This document shows, piece by piece, positions 48,172 through 61,660 of a stretch of 64,000 nucleotides of DNA. This DNA comes from Octopus bimaculoides. Lineage: Eukaryota. Under the pieces are notes generated by a model, which was given only the letters and a program-made list of their open reading frames with translations, was not told the DNA's origin and searched no databases. The stretch is taken from NCBI RefSeq assembly GCF_001194135.2, contig NC_068982.1, forward strand, positions 163,501,533-163,565,532. Direction: 5' to 3'. Within the stretch, counting starts at the first letter, position 1; each line of letters begins with the position of its first letter. The translations under genes and the position numbers were made by a program.

Positions 48172-48587
48172 GATATTTCAGTTTGGAATCAATAGTCATG
48201 GCTCAACAGTGCACACCTTCATGTAAACAGCATGTGACCATTGTGAGGACAACTCAGCTCCCAAACTCAAACAATTCTGCATGCAGCGTCGGGGTACAAA
48301 AGGTCCCATTAAGGACATGGACTTGAACAAATGTGGTTGGGTCACATGATGTTGGATTGCTGACGTGGTTGGGAATCAATAGTCATGGCTCAGCTGTGCA
48401 CTCCTTCATGTAAACAGTGTGCAACCATTATGAGGACAACTCAGCTCCAAATGTAAACAATTCTGCATGCAGCGTCCAGCACGCAAGGTCACACTAAGGA
48501 CATGGTCTCTAACTAATGTGGTTGCATCTTAGACACCATAAATTAGTAGGTTAATGTGCATGAGATATTTCAGTTTGTAATCAATAG
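48172..48587. repeat. Diverged tandem repeat, ~187-205-bp period, two copies plus the start of a third
   Basis: ggaatcaatagtcatggctc...ccttcatgtaaacag...gaggacaactcagctcc...aacaattctgcatgcagcgtc...aaggacatgg at 48185 and 48372. gatatttcagtttgKaatcaatag at 48172 and 48564. Confidence 0.85.
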
Positions 48588-48914
48588 CTGAAGAATATTT
48601 GTACAGGTTTCATCTATGCTTAGAAAGAAGACATTGATAAAGCTAAAAGAAAATAGTTGAATAGTTGCTCAGGATTTAACATAGTTTAGTATATTTTTCT
48701 TAATAAACATAATGCATCCTAAACGGTTTTTATTCCAACAAATTGCTACCTATGGTACTATAGGAACAGGCAATTATTGCTACCACTTAGACAACACAGT
48801 TTGAAGTCTACATCGATTCATCCATTTAATACAACCTACTTATATCAATTCAATAGCAGTATTTTCCAGTTTGCATAGAAGCAATATGTGGACCATGCAG
48901 GCAGTCATATGTAG

Positions 48915-49376
48915 CCCAGGAAAGGAGGTTTTCTGCCCCCAGTGGTTCTATTACTCGTTGTGTGAAAAATTTTAAGATTCTAAAAGCATCTCTGGAACAT
49001 AAGTAATATATGTTCCTAGTTTGGAGAAAATCAGTTGCGAACTTCAGAAGTTCTGTGGGTTTACACACACACACACACACACACATCCTCAGTTATAGAA
49101 TATATATATATATATATATAATTAACATAAGTACGTCATCAAGAGTAATGTCCCTTGAACCAATGAAGCAACCAAGTTATGTGAGTGTTCATTTTGTTTA
49201 CCCAGGAAAGGGGGTTTTCTTCCCCCAAGGACCCCATTACTCATTATATCAAAAATTTTAAGAGTCTAAAACCTCTCTGGAACGTAAGTAATGTATGTTC
49301 CTAGTGTGGATAAAATCAGTTGTGAACTTCAGAAATTCTGTGGGTTTACATACATACGCACAAACACAAATTCTCA
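48915..49376. repeat. Two adjacent copies (286-bp spacing) of a ~170-bp element ending in (CA)n-ctca
   Basis: cccaggaaagg...ttttaaga.tctaaaa...tctctggaac.taagtaat.tatgttcctagt.tgga.aaaatcagttg.gaacttcagaa.ttctgtgggtttaca at 48915 and 49201. Confidence 0.85.
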
Positions 49377-49787
49377 NNNNNNNNNNNNNNNNNNNNNNNN
49401 NNNNNNNNNNNNNNNNNNNNNNNNNNNNNNNNNNNNNNNNNNNNNNNNNNNNNNNNNNNNNNNNNNNNNNNNNNNNNNNNNNNNNNNNNNNNNNNNNNNN
49501 NNNNNNNNNNNNNNNNNNNNNNNNNNNNNNNNNNNNNNNNNNNNNNNNNNNNNNNNNNNNNNNNNNNNNNNNNNNNNNNNNNNNNNNNNNNNNNNNNNNN
49601 NNNNNNNNNNNNNNNNNNNNNNNNNNNNNNNNNNNNNNNNNNNNNNNNNNNNNNNNNNNNNNNNNNNNNNNNNNNNNNNNNNNNNNNNNNNNNNNNNNNN
49701 NNNNNNNNNNNNNNNNNNNNNNNNNNNNNNNNNNNNNNNNNNNNNNNNNNNNNNNNNNNNNNNTATATATATATATATATAAGTTTT

Positions 49788-49830
<43 letters not shown>

Positions 49831-52800
49831 ATTGATAATTCATTTGGAAATTTTGCAGCAGTAATCAAAAGAAAGCAGAGAATAAACACAGTTCCAAAAA
49901 CCCTGAGGTATAGACAAGATAAAGCTGAGTGTTTGCAACTATATGAAATAAAAATTCATTTGAAGAATAATACATACAATCTAAGGAAAATTCAATTTAA
50001 AGAACAGTTAGTCAAAAGGAAAGTGAACTGAAATAAGAATCGTTTTCATTGGCATGAGTCTGTCCTTATCCAGGTCAGTTACTACAGAGTAGACCTATGG
50101 CATAGAGCTAGTTATCTTTATGTTTAGCTGCAGACTGTAAGTCTGTATTGAGACCATTCTGTACATTCTGCTATGCAGTCACTGGTTGTGTAGGGCACAA
50201 AATGTGGTTCTTGGGAAATGATTGGCAGCTATATTTCAGCAGAATAGTGTAAGCATATACACATACTATACAGATTATTCTTAAAGTATATTTACTCTCC
50301 TTCTAAGTTTTAACATCTCCTTGGAAAGTTGCTTTCTCTTCAAAACTAGCAATAATTAAAAAGGCATAGAAAAGTCACTTAAACCTGTTTAATTAATGGA
50401 GCAATATTCTGTTTCTTTCCATGCTTTTCCTTTTATATTGAATAAATAAATAAATAGAATGTGGTAATGTTGCTGATCATTTTCCATTAATGATAATTAT
50501 CTAGGAGACAGGCCTAATATTGAGGTGAGGAAGTTGTGGGAACTTCAAAGCAGCTATAATTAATGAATGAAGCACAAAATAGAAAATTGGGAAAATAAAA
50601 CAATAGAAAAATAAATAAATAAATAAAAAATTTTAAAAGATATATTTTTCACAAAATCTTATTAATTTCAATGAAGCATGACATCAATATCTTTGTGTTG
50701 CAATCAAGCAGTACAGAGTTGAAGAAGAAGCTTAGTTTAATGTTATTGCATATGTCTTTATTCTTTGATCTTTTTTTCCTGTTTGTTTTGTTACTGTTCT
50801 TGTTGTTTTACATTAATTTTCCTCTGCTAATAGAGGTGGGACAGATTTTGTAAATTTCATCTTTTACATAGGGTTTGTTAGATGAAGGGATTTTTCCTTT
50901 TCTTTTTTTTGCAATTAGATGATGTTCTCTTCACTACTGAAGCACTCAACTATAAAATGCATGTAAAACCTGCAGTTTGTCAACCAAGGGAACTGCAGTC
51001 AACTAAGTTGTGGCTGTTTAGCTCTGAAGTCATATCTGATTGATCTATGATCAGAGTCATTCCATCCATGACCATTCCATTTATTTTTCTTTTTATATCT
51101 AGGACTACATTAAAATTAGCTCACGAGTCATCTGTTCTGAATGGATACAGGTGACGAAGTATGATTTGAAATCCTAATCTTACATTGCTGAATGATGGAA
51201 TTCAGCAACTTAATGAAACTGATTATGACTTCTGCATAAAGCAGAAGGGAAAAAAAGACACAATAAAAAGATATGAGGTAAGTAGGAATAGGTGTGAATG
51301 GGAAGGAAAGAACAATATATAACTACAAGAACCAATTTAATAAAACTACAGAGCTATTATACTTCCTGATACAGTATAAACAGCAATGGATATGAGTAAA
51401 AAAAACAAAAAAAAACAGGAATAGTAACAAACTCTCTAAGTAAAGAAGAGTGAAAACAAGAGGAAAACTTGAAAATGACAATGATGATAATAATGAAGTA
51501 GATGATAACAGAAAATAAAATAAATGTTAAAATGTTTGTGTTATGTTGGAATATGTTCACAAGATGATAGGTTTACTAGAGCAGCAAATGTCAAAGGGTT
51601 TATTAGAGTCTTAAGATAAAATAGCTGTCTGCATCATTTCTCTCAATAGCTTTCCAATGTATTTGCCCAATAAAATGGCCAGTGTGGTGTAATATCTTAA
51701 GCAAAATACATAACGGTATTATTTACATTATTTACAGACACCAACAAAATGTACAAGATTATAACCTTCTGAGATAAAGTTTTATTTTCTGAAAAGCTAT
51801 TTCTAAATTATTGTTCTAATAAACTAAAACAAAGGTCATTGCCTCTGGAGATATAATTACAATTAAAAAAATAAAAAAGCAATGTAATTTTCTTGTTAGG
51901 GTTGCTACTGTTGTAGCTTAGCCTTGGGCCAGCCTTGATTAAATAAGCCTATATAAAAAAACCATTCCAGTCATAACTACCTTGTAATTTGTTTTGTAGA
52001 CACAGTGTATCTAGAACCACATTAACCAATATGTCATTCCTTTTCCCCTTTTTATGTAAAAAAAAAAAAAAAAAAAAAAAAAAGGCAGAGTGTGATTTAA
52101 GGGAAATTCTGTTGCCATTTCTATTTGGCTCAAATAAGATGGAGTATAATTCCAAGACATTCATCTTATTTTTGATGGAGGAAATTTAGTTCAATAACTG
52201 CATCCCCATTACTATTATGCATCTATTTTTTTTTAATGGTTTCTCTGGAGGGAAAGTATGCACATGGCGCTCCTAGGCTTTGCATGAGAGAACTTAGTGT
52301 GGATAATGTTGAAATACATTGTTATAGGATAATAATAAAAAAATATAATATTTCTGGAATGAATTTTGTAGAACTGCTAAAGTTTGGTAAAACACTGTAG
52401 ACAGTCAAATAACATATCAACTGAAATTAGGTCTCTCATTTTTTTTTCAATATGCTCTTTCTTACTACTAAGTAACTGGAGGTAATTTCCTCATCGATGC
52501 TATGCCTTGGACACACTGTGGTGTCAATATGATATGATATGATATATTGTATATAAGGTTGCAGGCTCTTCAGGAAATCTGACAATTCACCCACTCAGCT
52601 GCTGTGACTCCTCAGAAATATATTATTCTAATATCAATAATTGAACTATGATTGCTGATCTTAATACTAGTATGTGTCAGTATGGAAATACTTTCAACTG
52701 ATTATTTACCTGAGGAACTAGTTTGATTGGAGATTTAGTAAAGGCTCATGGGAAATAGACAGCTGGGAGATGCAGACAAAACACAATTATCTTATGAATG

Positions 52801-54340
52801 ATGTTTAACACAAAAATAGTCTGCAATTTGTTTCTCAAAAAGTTGGTGAAAATGGCACAAATGAGCAGTAGAATTAATAGCAACTGCAGGAAAGTAATTC
52901 TTAATTGCATCATATTTTTGAAATTAATGTTAAATGTTAATTGCTGTGGCTAATTGTACAGATTTTGAATAAACCCAGTTTAATTCATTCTAACAAAATA
53001 ATAAATTTTCAGAAAGTTTTCTATTTTTTTGATGAGGATTATCTTGCTGCTTTTGCTTTTTATTGATATTTTGCCAAATAGGAAAAAAACAAGTGTTTAT
53101 CTTTGTTTACTTTTTGTTTTGCTTCCAATTCATAGTTAAAGACTTGCACTTTACATGATGTAAATTATTGCTTTAATTGATTTTGACAAAACACAAGGCC
53201 AAAGTTTATAAGGAATAGTGTGTAGACATTTGAATTGACTCCAGTATATTTCTGGCACTTATTTTGTAAGCCACAGAGGATGAAAAGCAAAGTCAACTTC
53301 AAGAGATCTTTAATCTTGCAATCTGGTACAGATTGCTGTCCTAATTATTTCTTTAAATATCATCAATGTAAAGATGAAGTTTCCTAGACACTAACACATT
53401 TTATTGAAATGAATGTCCATAAAAACTAATACATAATTTGAAATAGAAAATAAGTTACGAACTAAACAAATGTCCATCCAATTTCAATTATTAGAATTGA
53501 AACATCTAGTGCTATAGATGCTGTTCATGAACCAGCCTGCCAAGTTAGCAAGAAGCTAGCTAGCTATTTGATCCAAAATGTCTTGTAGTTCCTGAAGAAT
53601 ATTTTTGTTTTGATTTCAACCAATATTATTCTAATTTCTGTTGGTTCATTAATTTTCTTCCACTATTAACTTAATGTGTAATTCTGAAATAACATTTACT
53701 ATTCATATCTGAATATAGATTTAGAAACAAAAATTTAAATTATTCAAGCACTTTATTATAGGAATGAGTAACAAGGAGAAAATTAAAAAGAAAAGAAGCA
53801 ATATAGACAACTTCAAATGGGAACCATGCTAACATTTTCTATGAGATTTCATTGAAACTTTTACAGTGTCTCATTCAGAGCATGATAAAAAACATTTTTG
53901 GTGTTGTCTAAATATAAGGCAAATCAAATTGTAATAAATACATTAGTTGAACAAGTATCTCTTTTGAAAAAATATAATTTTGTTGATTTGCATAGCAAAC
54001 TACAGTATTAGAGGCTTAATGTGACACTTTCTTCAAAACAAAAACAGTGTAAGGAATCCTTGAATAAATGATGCAGGGTTGAAAGGAAAAACCGTTCAAG
54101 ACAAGTTCACCAATGCTATAAAGTAACTTATTACAGAGAACATTCAATAGCAAACATAACTAAAATAGAAATATAAAACCATACAAACATAAAAAATAAT
54201 CTTCAGTAGAACTGGAGAATACACACACACATTCACATATATATGAAATGCATATATATATATATATATATATAGTTTTTGTTTCAATTGAATTGGATAA
54301 AGAAAATGGAATGTTTGTCACTTAGTCCTTTTCTCTTGCT

Positions 54341-54365
54341 ACCAACCAACCAACCAACCAACCAG

Positions 54366-54404
<39 letters not shown>

Positions 54405-54500
54405 ACCTACCTACCTACTTATCCATCCATCCATCCATCCAGCCAGCCAGCCAGCCAGCCAGGCAGCCAGCCAGGCAGCCAGCCAGCTAGCTAGTTAGAT
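54341..54500. repeat. Compound tetranucleotide microsatellite
   Basis: Successive blocks (ACCA)n (GCCT)n (ACCT)n (ATCC)n (AGCC)n (AGCT)n. Confidence 0.95.
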
Positions 54501-54711
54501 AGCTTGCTGCATGAATGTGTATGCGTGTGTGTGTGAGTGCATGTGTATAAGCAATGAGAACTGCTTTATCCAAGAATTGAAACTGGACCTTACCATCACT
54601 CCATTGCATGCACACATACACACTCGCAGATGCATATAGACAAATATATACATAGCTGCATGCACATTTACATAAATGCATATGTGTGTGTGTGTGCTTA
54701 TTTTGTTCCAT

Positions 54712-54915
54712 AATCTTTTCTACTCTAGGCATAAGGTCCAGAATTTTTGGGGAGGGAGGGGGCAGTCAATTAGATCGACCCGGTACGCAACTGGTACTTA
54801 ATTTATTGACCCCGGAAGGATGAAAGGCAAAGTCAACGTCAATGGAATTTGAACTTAGAAAGTAAAAACAGACTAAATACCGCTAAGCATTTCGCCTAGC
54901 ATGCTAATGTTTCTC
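54712..54915 (-). mobile_element. SINE family B copy
   Basis: gatcgacccggtacgcaactggtacttaatttattgaccccggaaggatgaaaggcaaagtcaacg...gaatttgaacttagaaag...ccgctaagcatttcgcctagcatgctaa. Confidence 0.85.
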
Positions 54916-55834
54916 CCTGCTTGCTGCCTTTTGTTACATAATGATATGTGTATATGTATATATGTGTATATATGTTTATATGTATATATCCTAATCATTG
55001 ACAACTAACCACTGGCACTGAGCTAACAGCCAACCATTACATATATTCTTACATTTGGAATTGAAGCATTTAATCTCATTTAAAATACTATAGACGTCCA
55101 TGTTGGCAAATGTGGGTGGGGAGAGTGGACCAAGGAGAAAAGTTAAATGACACACGCATACACATAAATGCACACAGATGATATTCTGAAAAACTTCATG
55201 CTCTGGAGAGATTTCTGCAAGCTATGGCTTTGATTGAATTTTTGTTGGATTTTAAAATTATAATTTTACCCAGGTTCCAGATTCTGTAGATTTGTCAGTA
55301 TTTGCATGAATAACTAGAGATGGTGCATGCAACAATTCCTTTAGCTAAATGGTGTTTCAGACGTATGTTTATGATTATGTCCAAAGGTTTTTGATTTGGG
55401 GGATTTTCTTAAAAGACAGAAGTTCTGTTTCTGACTTCTATGCAGAGCTTTTGATGACTGATTTCTCTTCCTGTTTTGAAAAACTTAGCCTTCCAGCATA
55501 AAATACACACTAATACAAAAAGATAATTTAAGGTATCAAAATTCAACAGAACATACCCTGAGATACAAGAAATCAAGATATTGAAGACAGGATGTCTCTG
55601 GCCCCAGTAACTATATTGCCATTCACAGTACAACCCCCAACAAAAACAACCACAAATTGAATTGCATCATACACAAGTAGCAGTCAAGGTACAACATTTA
55701 ATCATAACATAAAAAAGCTAAATGCAACAAAAATGACCAAGGAAAGCAAAGGCTGTCAAGAAACAATAAACATTTCAATAATATACATGGCAATGATATA
55801 AGAAACACAACTAGAAGCATACACATACCTATAT

Positions 55835-55881
<47 letters not shown>

Positions 55882-55967
55882 TATATATATATTACAAAAA
55901 TTTTTTAATTGTTTCAGCTTCAAAGTTGTGGTCATGCTGGGGTACCACCGTTGGCTGTGCTACGCCA

Positions 55968-56270
55968 TTATTTGAAACCTCCTCTGATATGTGGCATTTG
56001 ATCAATGCGGGAGTTCGATGTCGCCGCCCTCATCTGTGTTTCCTGCCATGAGGTAGGCTCATCTGGAACCCTTGACAGGAAATCCAATTTTGTTTTGTAG
56101 ACACCTACATCCACACCGTCCAGGTCTCTCAGGCATTTTGGAAGGATTTTGAAGAGCTGTGGGCTCTTGAAACTCAAGCAGTTGCAGTATCTGGTCCTGA
56201 ATTTTGATGGTGATGCTGGGATTTTTGGCACTATGCAGTGGCACCCCATTCCGCTGTTTGTGTAACTTTC
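55968..56270 (-). mobile_element. CR1/L2-like LINE 3' coding remnant
   Basis: HCIVPKIP...RTRYCNCLSFKSPQLFKILPKCLRDL...YKTKLDFLSRVPDEP...AATSNS, matching the F..RGP.LFN.LP..LR...FK..LD.FL..VPD.P end of CR1/L2/Jockey-group ORF2. Confidence 0.7.
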
Positions 56271-56273
56271 AAT

Positions 56274-56386
56274 GATGGTGCCCAACTGACCCTACTATAC
56301 TGTGTAGTTAGCAAAATCAAAAACAAACAATAAGCTTGCATGAAATTAGAAATATAAAATGGCAAAAATTTACCCATTGAACCCTG
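56274..56386 (-). mobile_element. 5' terminal fragment of the same maT-like family as 21186-21995
   Basis: gatggtgccca.ctgaccctactatactgtgtagtt...aaaatcaaaa...aaaatggcaa.aatttacccattg.accc..tgta aligns with 21881-21997. Confidence 0.85.
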
Positions 56387-56392
56387 TACATG

Positions 56393-56490
<98 letters not shown>

Positions 56491-56586
56491 TATGTATATA
56501 TATATATGTGTGCGTGTGTAAATAACACGCATATATATACATACATGTGTGTGTATATATATATACATATATATATATACATATAC

Positions 56587-56618
<32 letters not shown>

Positions 56619-56629
56619 ATGTATGTATG

Positions 56630-56683
<54 letters not shown>

Positions 56684-57721
56684 NNNNNNNNNNNNNNNNN
56701 NNNNNNNNNNTATATTTATATACATACATACATATATATATGTAGTTATGTAACTAGTACTTGGATACCACAAGCATAGCGTACAACATATTAAAAGTGC
56801 AAGTATTCATGATAAAAATCAATAATATAGGACCCATTAACATATTTATGTATACATTCTACTACCAGTCTCACCAAATGTCTCACCACTACAAACTTCA
56901 ACAAATATTTTCAACTTCTTAATGCTTACAATACATCAGTAACCCACAAGAATATGCCGAATAATCCTCCAATACCAATCACCATTACAACACATACGCA
57001 CACATGCATCAATGAAGTAGAAACACTTTTATAAATTTCAATAAAACTCAGTGGAACTAATTCTATGTGAGACAAGAATATTGTCAGCAGAAATCAACAA
57101 TTGCACAAGCATAAACTAAGGATAGGGAGTGTATACATTCAATAAAATAATTTTGGAAACATTTTAAATAGGTTGGTAGGAATGGATAGTTAAGATAATA
57201 ATTTGACTGCAATTATACCACATTAATTATATGAGCAAAATTACTGATTGAATATGTTATTGGACTACCAGCATACAGGTTTTGAATTTAAATCTATTGT
57301 AAGTGCTGCATTGCATATTTGAACAGTGCACTTAACATTAAATACATTGGAAAAAGATACTGCAATAAACTAGCATTCTGTCCAGGAGTAGTTTTATCTT
57401 TTTTTTGTTAAACATCAAATTAAAGCTGTCCAAGATAAACAATAGACCTTATGACCATCATCCTCACCACAGAAGCATTTCCAGTTTACATATCACAGTA
57501 TGACATTAACTTGTTGCTAATAATAGTGTTAAAGTATTTATCTAATTCATAACAATCATACATTGAATAGCAACTGCTATTAAAGAAAATCTGCTTTCTT
57601 TTCATTCATATCTGTATACACAACTACTAGTTGTCATCTGATCTAATGACTCATACACAGCTGGTTTATTTTAGTTCCTATCACTAACAAACTATGGATT
57701 AGCTCTTCATCAGTAACTTAC

Positions 57722-57826
57722 CACAATTTTTTTGACAAATATACCAATTTGACAATCAGATAAATATTGAAGTTTATTACAAATATCTACAAAGTTTCGC
57801 TCTTCTTCATTGCCATTTTTAGTCAT
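57722..57826 (-). CDS. Weak candidate first coding exon (MTKNGNEEERNFVDICNKLQYLSDCQIGIFVKKIV)
   Basis: ATG, 35 open codons, phase-0 end at GTG|gtaagt. No homology recognised and could be chance. Confidence 0.25.
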
Positions 57827-58908
57827 ACATACACGAATAGACTAAGCTCCCTTTCTGCACTCACATGGCATAGTCTCCATCACCATTTATTCTTATTACG
57901 GAAACATTGCCATTTTGTCTCAATGCAGCAATTGAAATAACTGCACCCTAAATTGATGCACTCTATGATAGTCATTATTTCAATGAGGAAATTATGAGGA
58001 AATAAAAAAAGAGAAAACAATTTTAACAAACTTTTCCTTCATAGCATTTCTGAAAAGATCATTAAGATATCAGTTTCCTTTCTTCAAGGAATCAAAGATG
58101 AAGCAGAAAGATAGTTCCCATGAAAGATCAACTCTAATTGGCTCCAAAAACCACCAGATGCACTAATGTAGTTTAAGAGTGGAATCCAATAATAGTTAAA
58201 AATGCTGTGGGTAAGATTGGATAGGAATTGCATTAGAAGTTAAAATACTTCCTTGAAATAGAGTTTTTCCAAAAAATAAATGTCTTCAGAAATTGTTCAT
58301 GTCTATCTGGCTTTACTGTTTAATAATTATTTTCTACAGTGAACTGAAAATTCATTATAATGTAAAAAAATGCACCAGACATGAGTGACTTTCAACATGA
58401 CAGTAGTTTAGTTTTACAATAACTAAACCAATGAGAGATCAGTCTTCTGCTGGATAGAATTTTTACCTTACATAAATTTCCTGGGTAATCTGGTGCACAT
58501 TCATGACAAGTTGAAACTAAAGAGTGTAAAAATTAAGTACACCACCCAAATACAAAATAGAATGACGGTTATGTACATTACTATTTAGTTGTTGAGCCTC
58601 CCTGCTCCCATGATTATTCTCTTCATGCACTGTGACAAGAGTAAGTCAGCCTTGATATTCAAGTTCACTTGTTTCTTATATGATACTTATGTGCTGATTT
58701 GAACTTAAAATACATACTAAGGTCTCCTCTGCTTTCAAATATACTTGTTGAGATGAGCAAAAGAGGGGCCTTCTATGTGGTTGCTCAATGGGCTAGAAAT
58801 AAAACCAAATGTTTCTTAAATCCCTAGTATCTTAAGAAGGGAAAAACACAAGTGACCAATGTATTCCAAGATATGGAAATAATATGTCATTCAATCAAGA
58901 TATATATA

Positions 58909-60064
58909 TTAGGTTGTCAAGTATGAAATTTCTAGAAAAGAAAAAAAAAAGTTTGCTAATGTTTTATAAATACAAAGAATAGTTTTATTCATCAAAGTAT
59001 GCACCCATATTGTCAATACACTTTTGCCATTTCAGCAGTAGCTTGTCCAGCCTGGAACCGCAAAAGCCTGGCAATCTAGAGTGAATAAAAGCTTGGAAGG
59101 CCTGTTTTACAACATCATCAGAATTAAATTTTTTTCCTATCAAAAAGTTATCCAAATTCTGGAAGAAGTGGTAGTCAGTGGGGACAATATCAGGTGAGTA
59201 TGGTAGATGATGNNNNNNNNNNTAGTCAGTGGGGACAATATCAGGTGAGTATGGTAGATGATGGAGAATTTCCAACTCCAACTCCTGTAGTTTCACCAAT
59301 GTCATTTTTGCAATGTGTGGACTGGCGTTGTCTTGCAATAAAATAGAAGTAGTTCTGTTGACTAGTCTAGGCTGTTTTTATGTAAGTTTCTGCATCATTT
59401 GGTCCAGTTGCCTGCAGTATACTTTGGTCATGATTGATGAGCCAGATTTAATGAAATCGTAATGGATCACACCTGCACCAGACCACCAAACACACACCAT
59501 CAGCTTCTTTTGATGAATTTTGTTTTTTGGACTGTGTTTTGGTGGCTCATCTTTGACTAACCCTTGTGCTGAATGTTTACGGTTGTTGTATTGGATCCAT
59601 TTCTCATGTTTGTGACGCGAAAGTAGCATAATGCAGGCTTCCAAACGTTGTTGCTTCTGATTTTCATTGAGTTCATGTGGAACCCACTTATCCAACTTTT
59701 TCACTTTCCGATTTGCTAACACCAAACAACAACAATAATTCACAGGTACTTTGAGATAGATCTGACTCGATGGTGGCTTTCAGTTCATCATTATCCACCT
59801 TTGTTTCTGGTCGACCACATTGCTCATTTGTGAGGTTAAAGTTACCAGAACGAAATTTTGCAAGCCAATTTGATACTGTCTGCTGTGTAATAACATTAGA
59901 ATGAAATACTCTATGAATATTCCGAGCTGTCCAAGAAAGAATTCCTATTTCAAAATTACAACTTTCCGACTTATCCAACTCTAAACAAAAATAGTAAAAA
60001 ACAATTTATAAATATTTCATAAAACACAAAAGGAGAATAAAGAAATAGATGTGTCAGCTTTTTA
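58909..60064 (-). mobile_element. Mariner (DD34D) transposon, frameshifted pseudogene, cecropia/Hsmar1-like by motif
   Basis: Three broken ORFs (59688-59978, 59378-59743, 58985-59338) with HTH ...WLAKFRSG..GRP, WVPHEL, MVCVWW, and QDNASPH...PYSPDIVPTDYHFF (34 residues D to D). The first catalytic D segment is deleted (RHKH-EKWIQY). Terminus TA|ttaggttgtcaa at 58909, other end in the gap. Confidence 0.95.
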
Positions 60065-60744
60065 NNNNNNNNNNNNNNNNNNNNNNNNNNNNNNNNNNNN
60101 NNNNNNNNNNNNNNNNNNNNNNNNNNNNNNNNNNNNNNNNNNNNNNNNNNNNNNNNNNNNNNNNNNNNNNNNNNNNNNNNNNNNNNNNNNNNNNNNNNNN
60201 NNNNNNNNNNNNNNNNNNNNNNNNNNNNNNNNNNNNNNNNNNTATATATATATGGAACCTTGAATAAGGCAGTATCTCATGGTTAATATGCCTATATCTG
60301 TAACTAAAATGATTAAATAATCCTTAATAGATATCATATTAATATTAAAGTATAAATTAAATGGTTAATATGAATATATGGTCTTATGTACAAGTAACAG
60401 TAGTATATATTATATATAATTTACTGAAACTTTAATTTAGGCATGTGCCTTAAGAATATATGATTTATAACTTATGAATGGTTAATTAATTTAAGTTAGA
60501 GATACAATGTATTAATTTAATATTATTGGTTTTAACTTTATTAATTTCTTAATTTGATTTGTTAATATTTATGTTTTCCTCGATTAGATCATTCATTTCT
60601 TTTCTCACTATTGTGCACTAATATCGATAACGTAATATTCAACTATGGTAATTAGTTTTGATTCGTCATCATTTTATAGCTTTCAACACTTTAGCACACA
60701 CATGCACAAATACATCAAAATAGTAATGGTTTTTTAAATACACC

Positions 60745-60988
60745 TGTTGCGTGGCTGTGTGGTAAGAAGCTTGTTTCCCAACCACATGGTTCTGGGTTCA
60801 GTCCCACTGCATGACACCTTGGGCAAGTGTCTTCTACTATAGCTTCAGGCCAACCAAAGCCTAGTGAGTGGATTCGGTAGACCGAAACTGAAAGATGTCC
60901 ATCCTGTCTGTCTGTTTGTCTGTCTATCTGTATGTATGTATGTATGTATGTATGTATGTATGTATGTATGTATCTATCTATCTATCTA

Positions 60989-61025
<37 letters not shown>

Positions 61026-61235
61026 TGTGTGTGTCTTTGTGTCTGTATTTGTTCCCCACTCCATCGCTTGACAATTGATGCTGGTGTGTTTATGTCCCCA
61101 AAACCTAGCAGTTTGGCAAAATAGACCGATAGAATAAGTACTAGGCTCACAGAGAATAAGTCCTGGGGTTGATTTCTTCGACTAAAAGTCGTTCTTCAGC
61201 ATGGCCCCAGTCAAATGCCTGAAACGTGTAAAAGA
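60745..61235 (+). mobile_element. tRNA-headed SINE family C copy with internal compound microsatellite
   Basis: gcgtggctgtgtggtaagaagcttgtttcccaaccacatggttctgggttcagtccc...(TGTC/TGTA/TATC/TA)n...ccccagtcaaatgcctgaaacgtgtaaaaga. Confidence 0.9.
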
Positions 61236-61603
61236 GTATATCTGAATCTATCAAAGGTTAACCAACACATTAGAATGGATCTCCTTTCTAACAAATTCTC
61301 TCCCCTGACGAAATACCCAATTTATGATATTTGATATGAAAATTTGAATTAATTTAATTTAATTCCTCAAATAGAATTAATTGGGTATGGAAACAGCTAT
61401 AGGCGTAAAGAATTTGATGTTACTCTGATTGAAATTTGTTCAAATAAATTGATGTCAATATTTCTCCATTTTATTTTTCTCATACAAGAATATCCATATA
61501 TACATATCCATCTATGTGAAAATAACATCTTTGGTTTTTCACTGATGCACTGAATATAACTGGGGAACTTGGATGGTAACATCCCTTTAAGAGGATTTGG
61601 TAT

Positions 61604-61660
<57 letters not shown>

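Noticed and set aside
51206-51277. Plus-strand 72-nt frame ending GAG|gtaagt (QLNETDYDFCIKQKGKKDTIKRYE)
   Set aside because: Poor acceptor, adjoins a degraded repeat, no supporting neighbours.
59172-59263. 41-bp direct repeat inside the mariner (HHLPYSPDIVPTD twice)
   Set aside because: The identical copies flank a 10-N gap, indicating overlapping contig ends rather than a real duplication.
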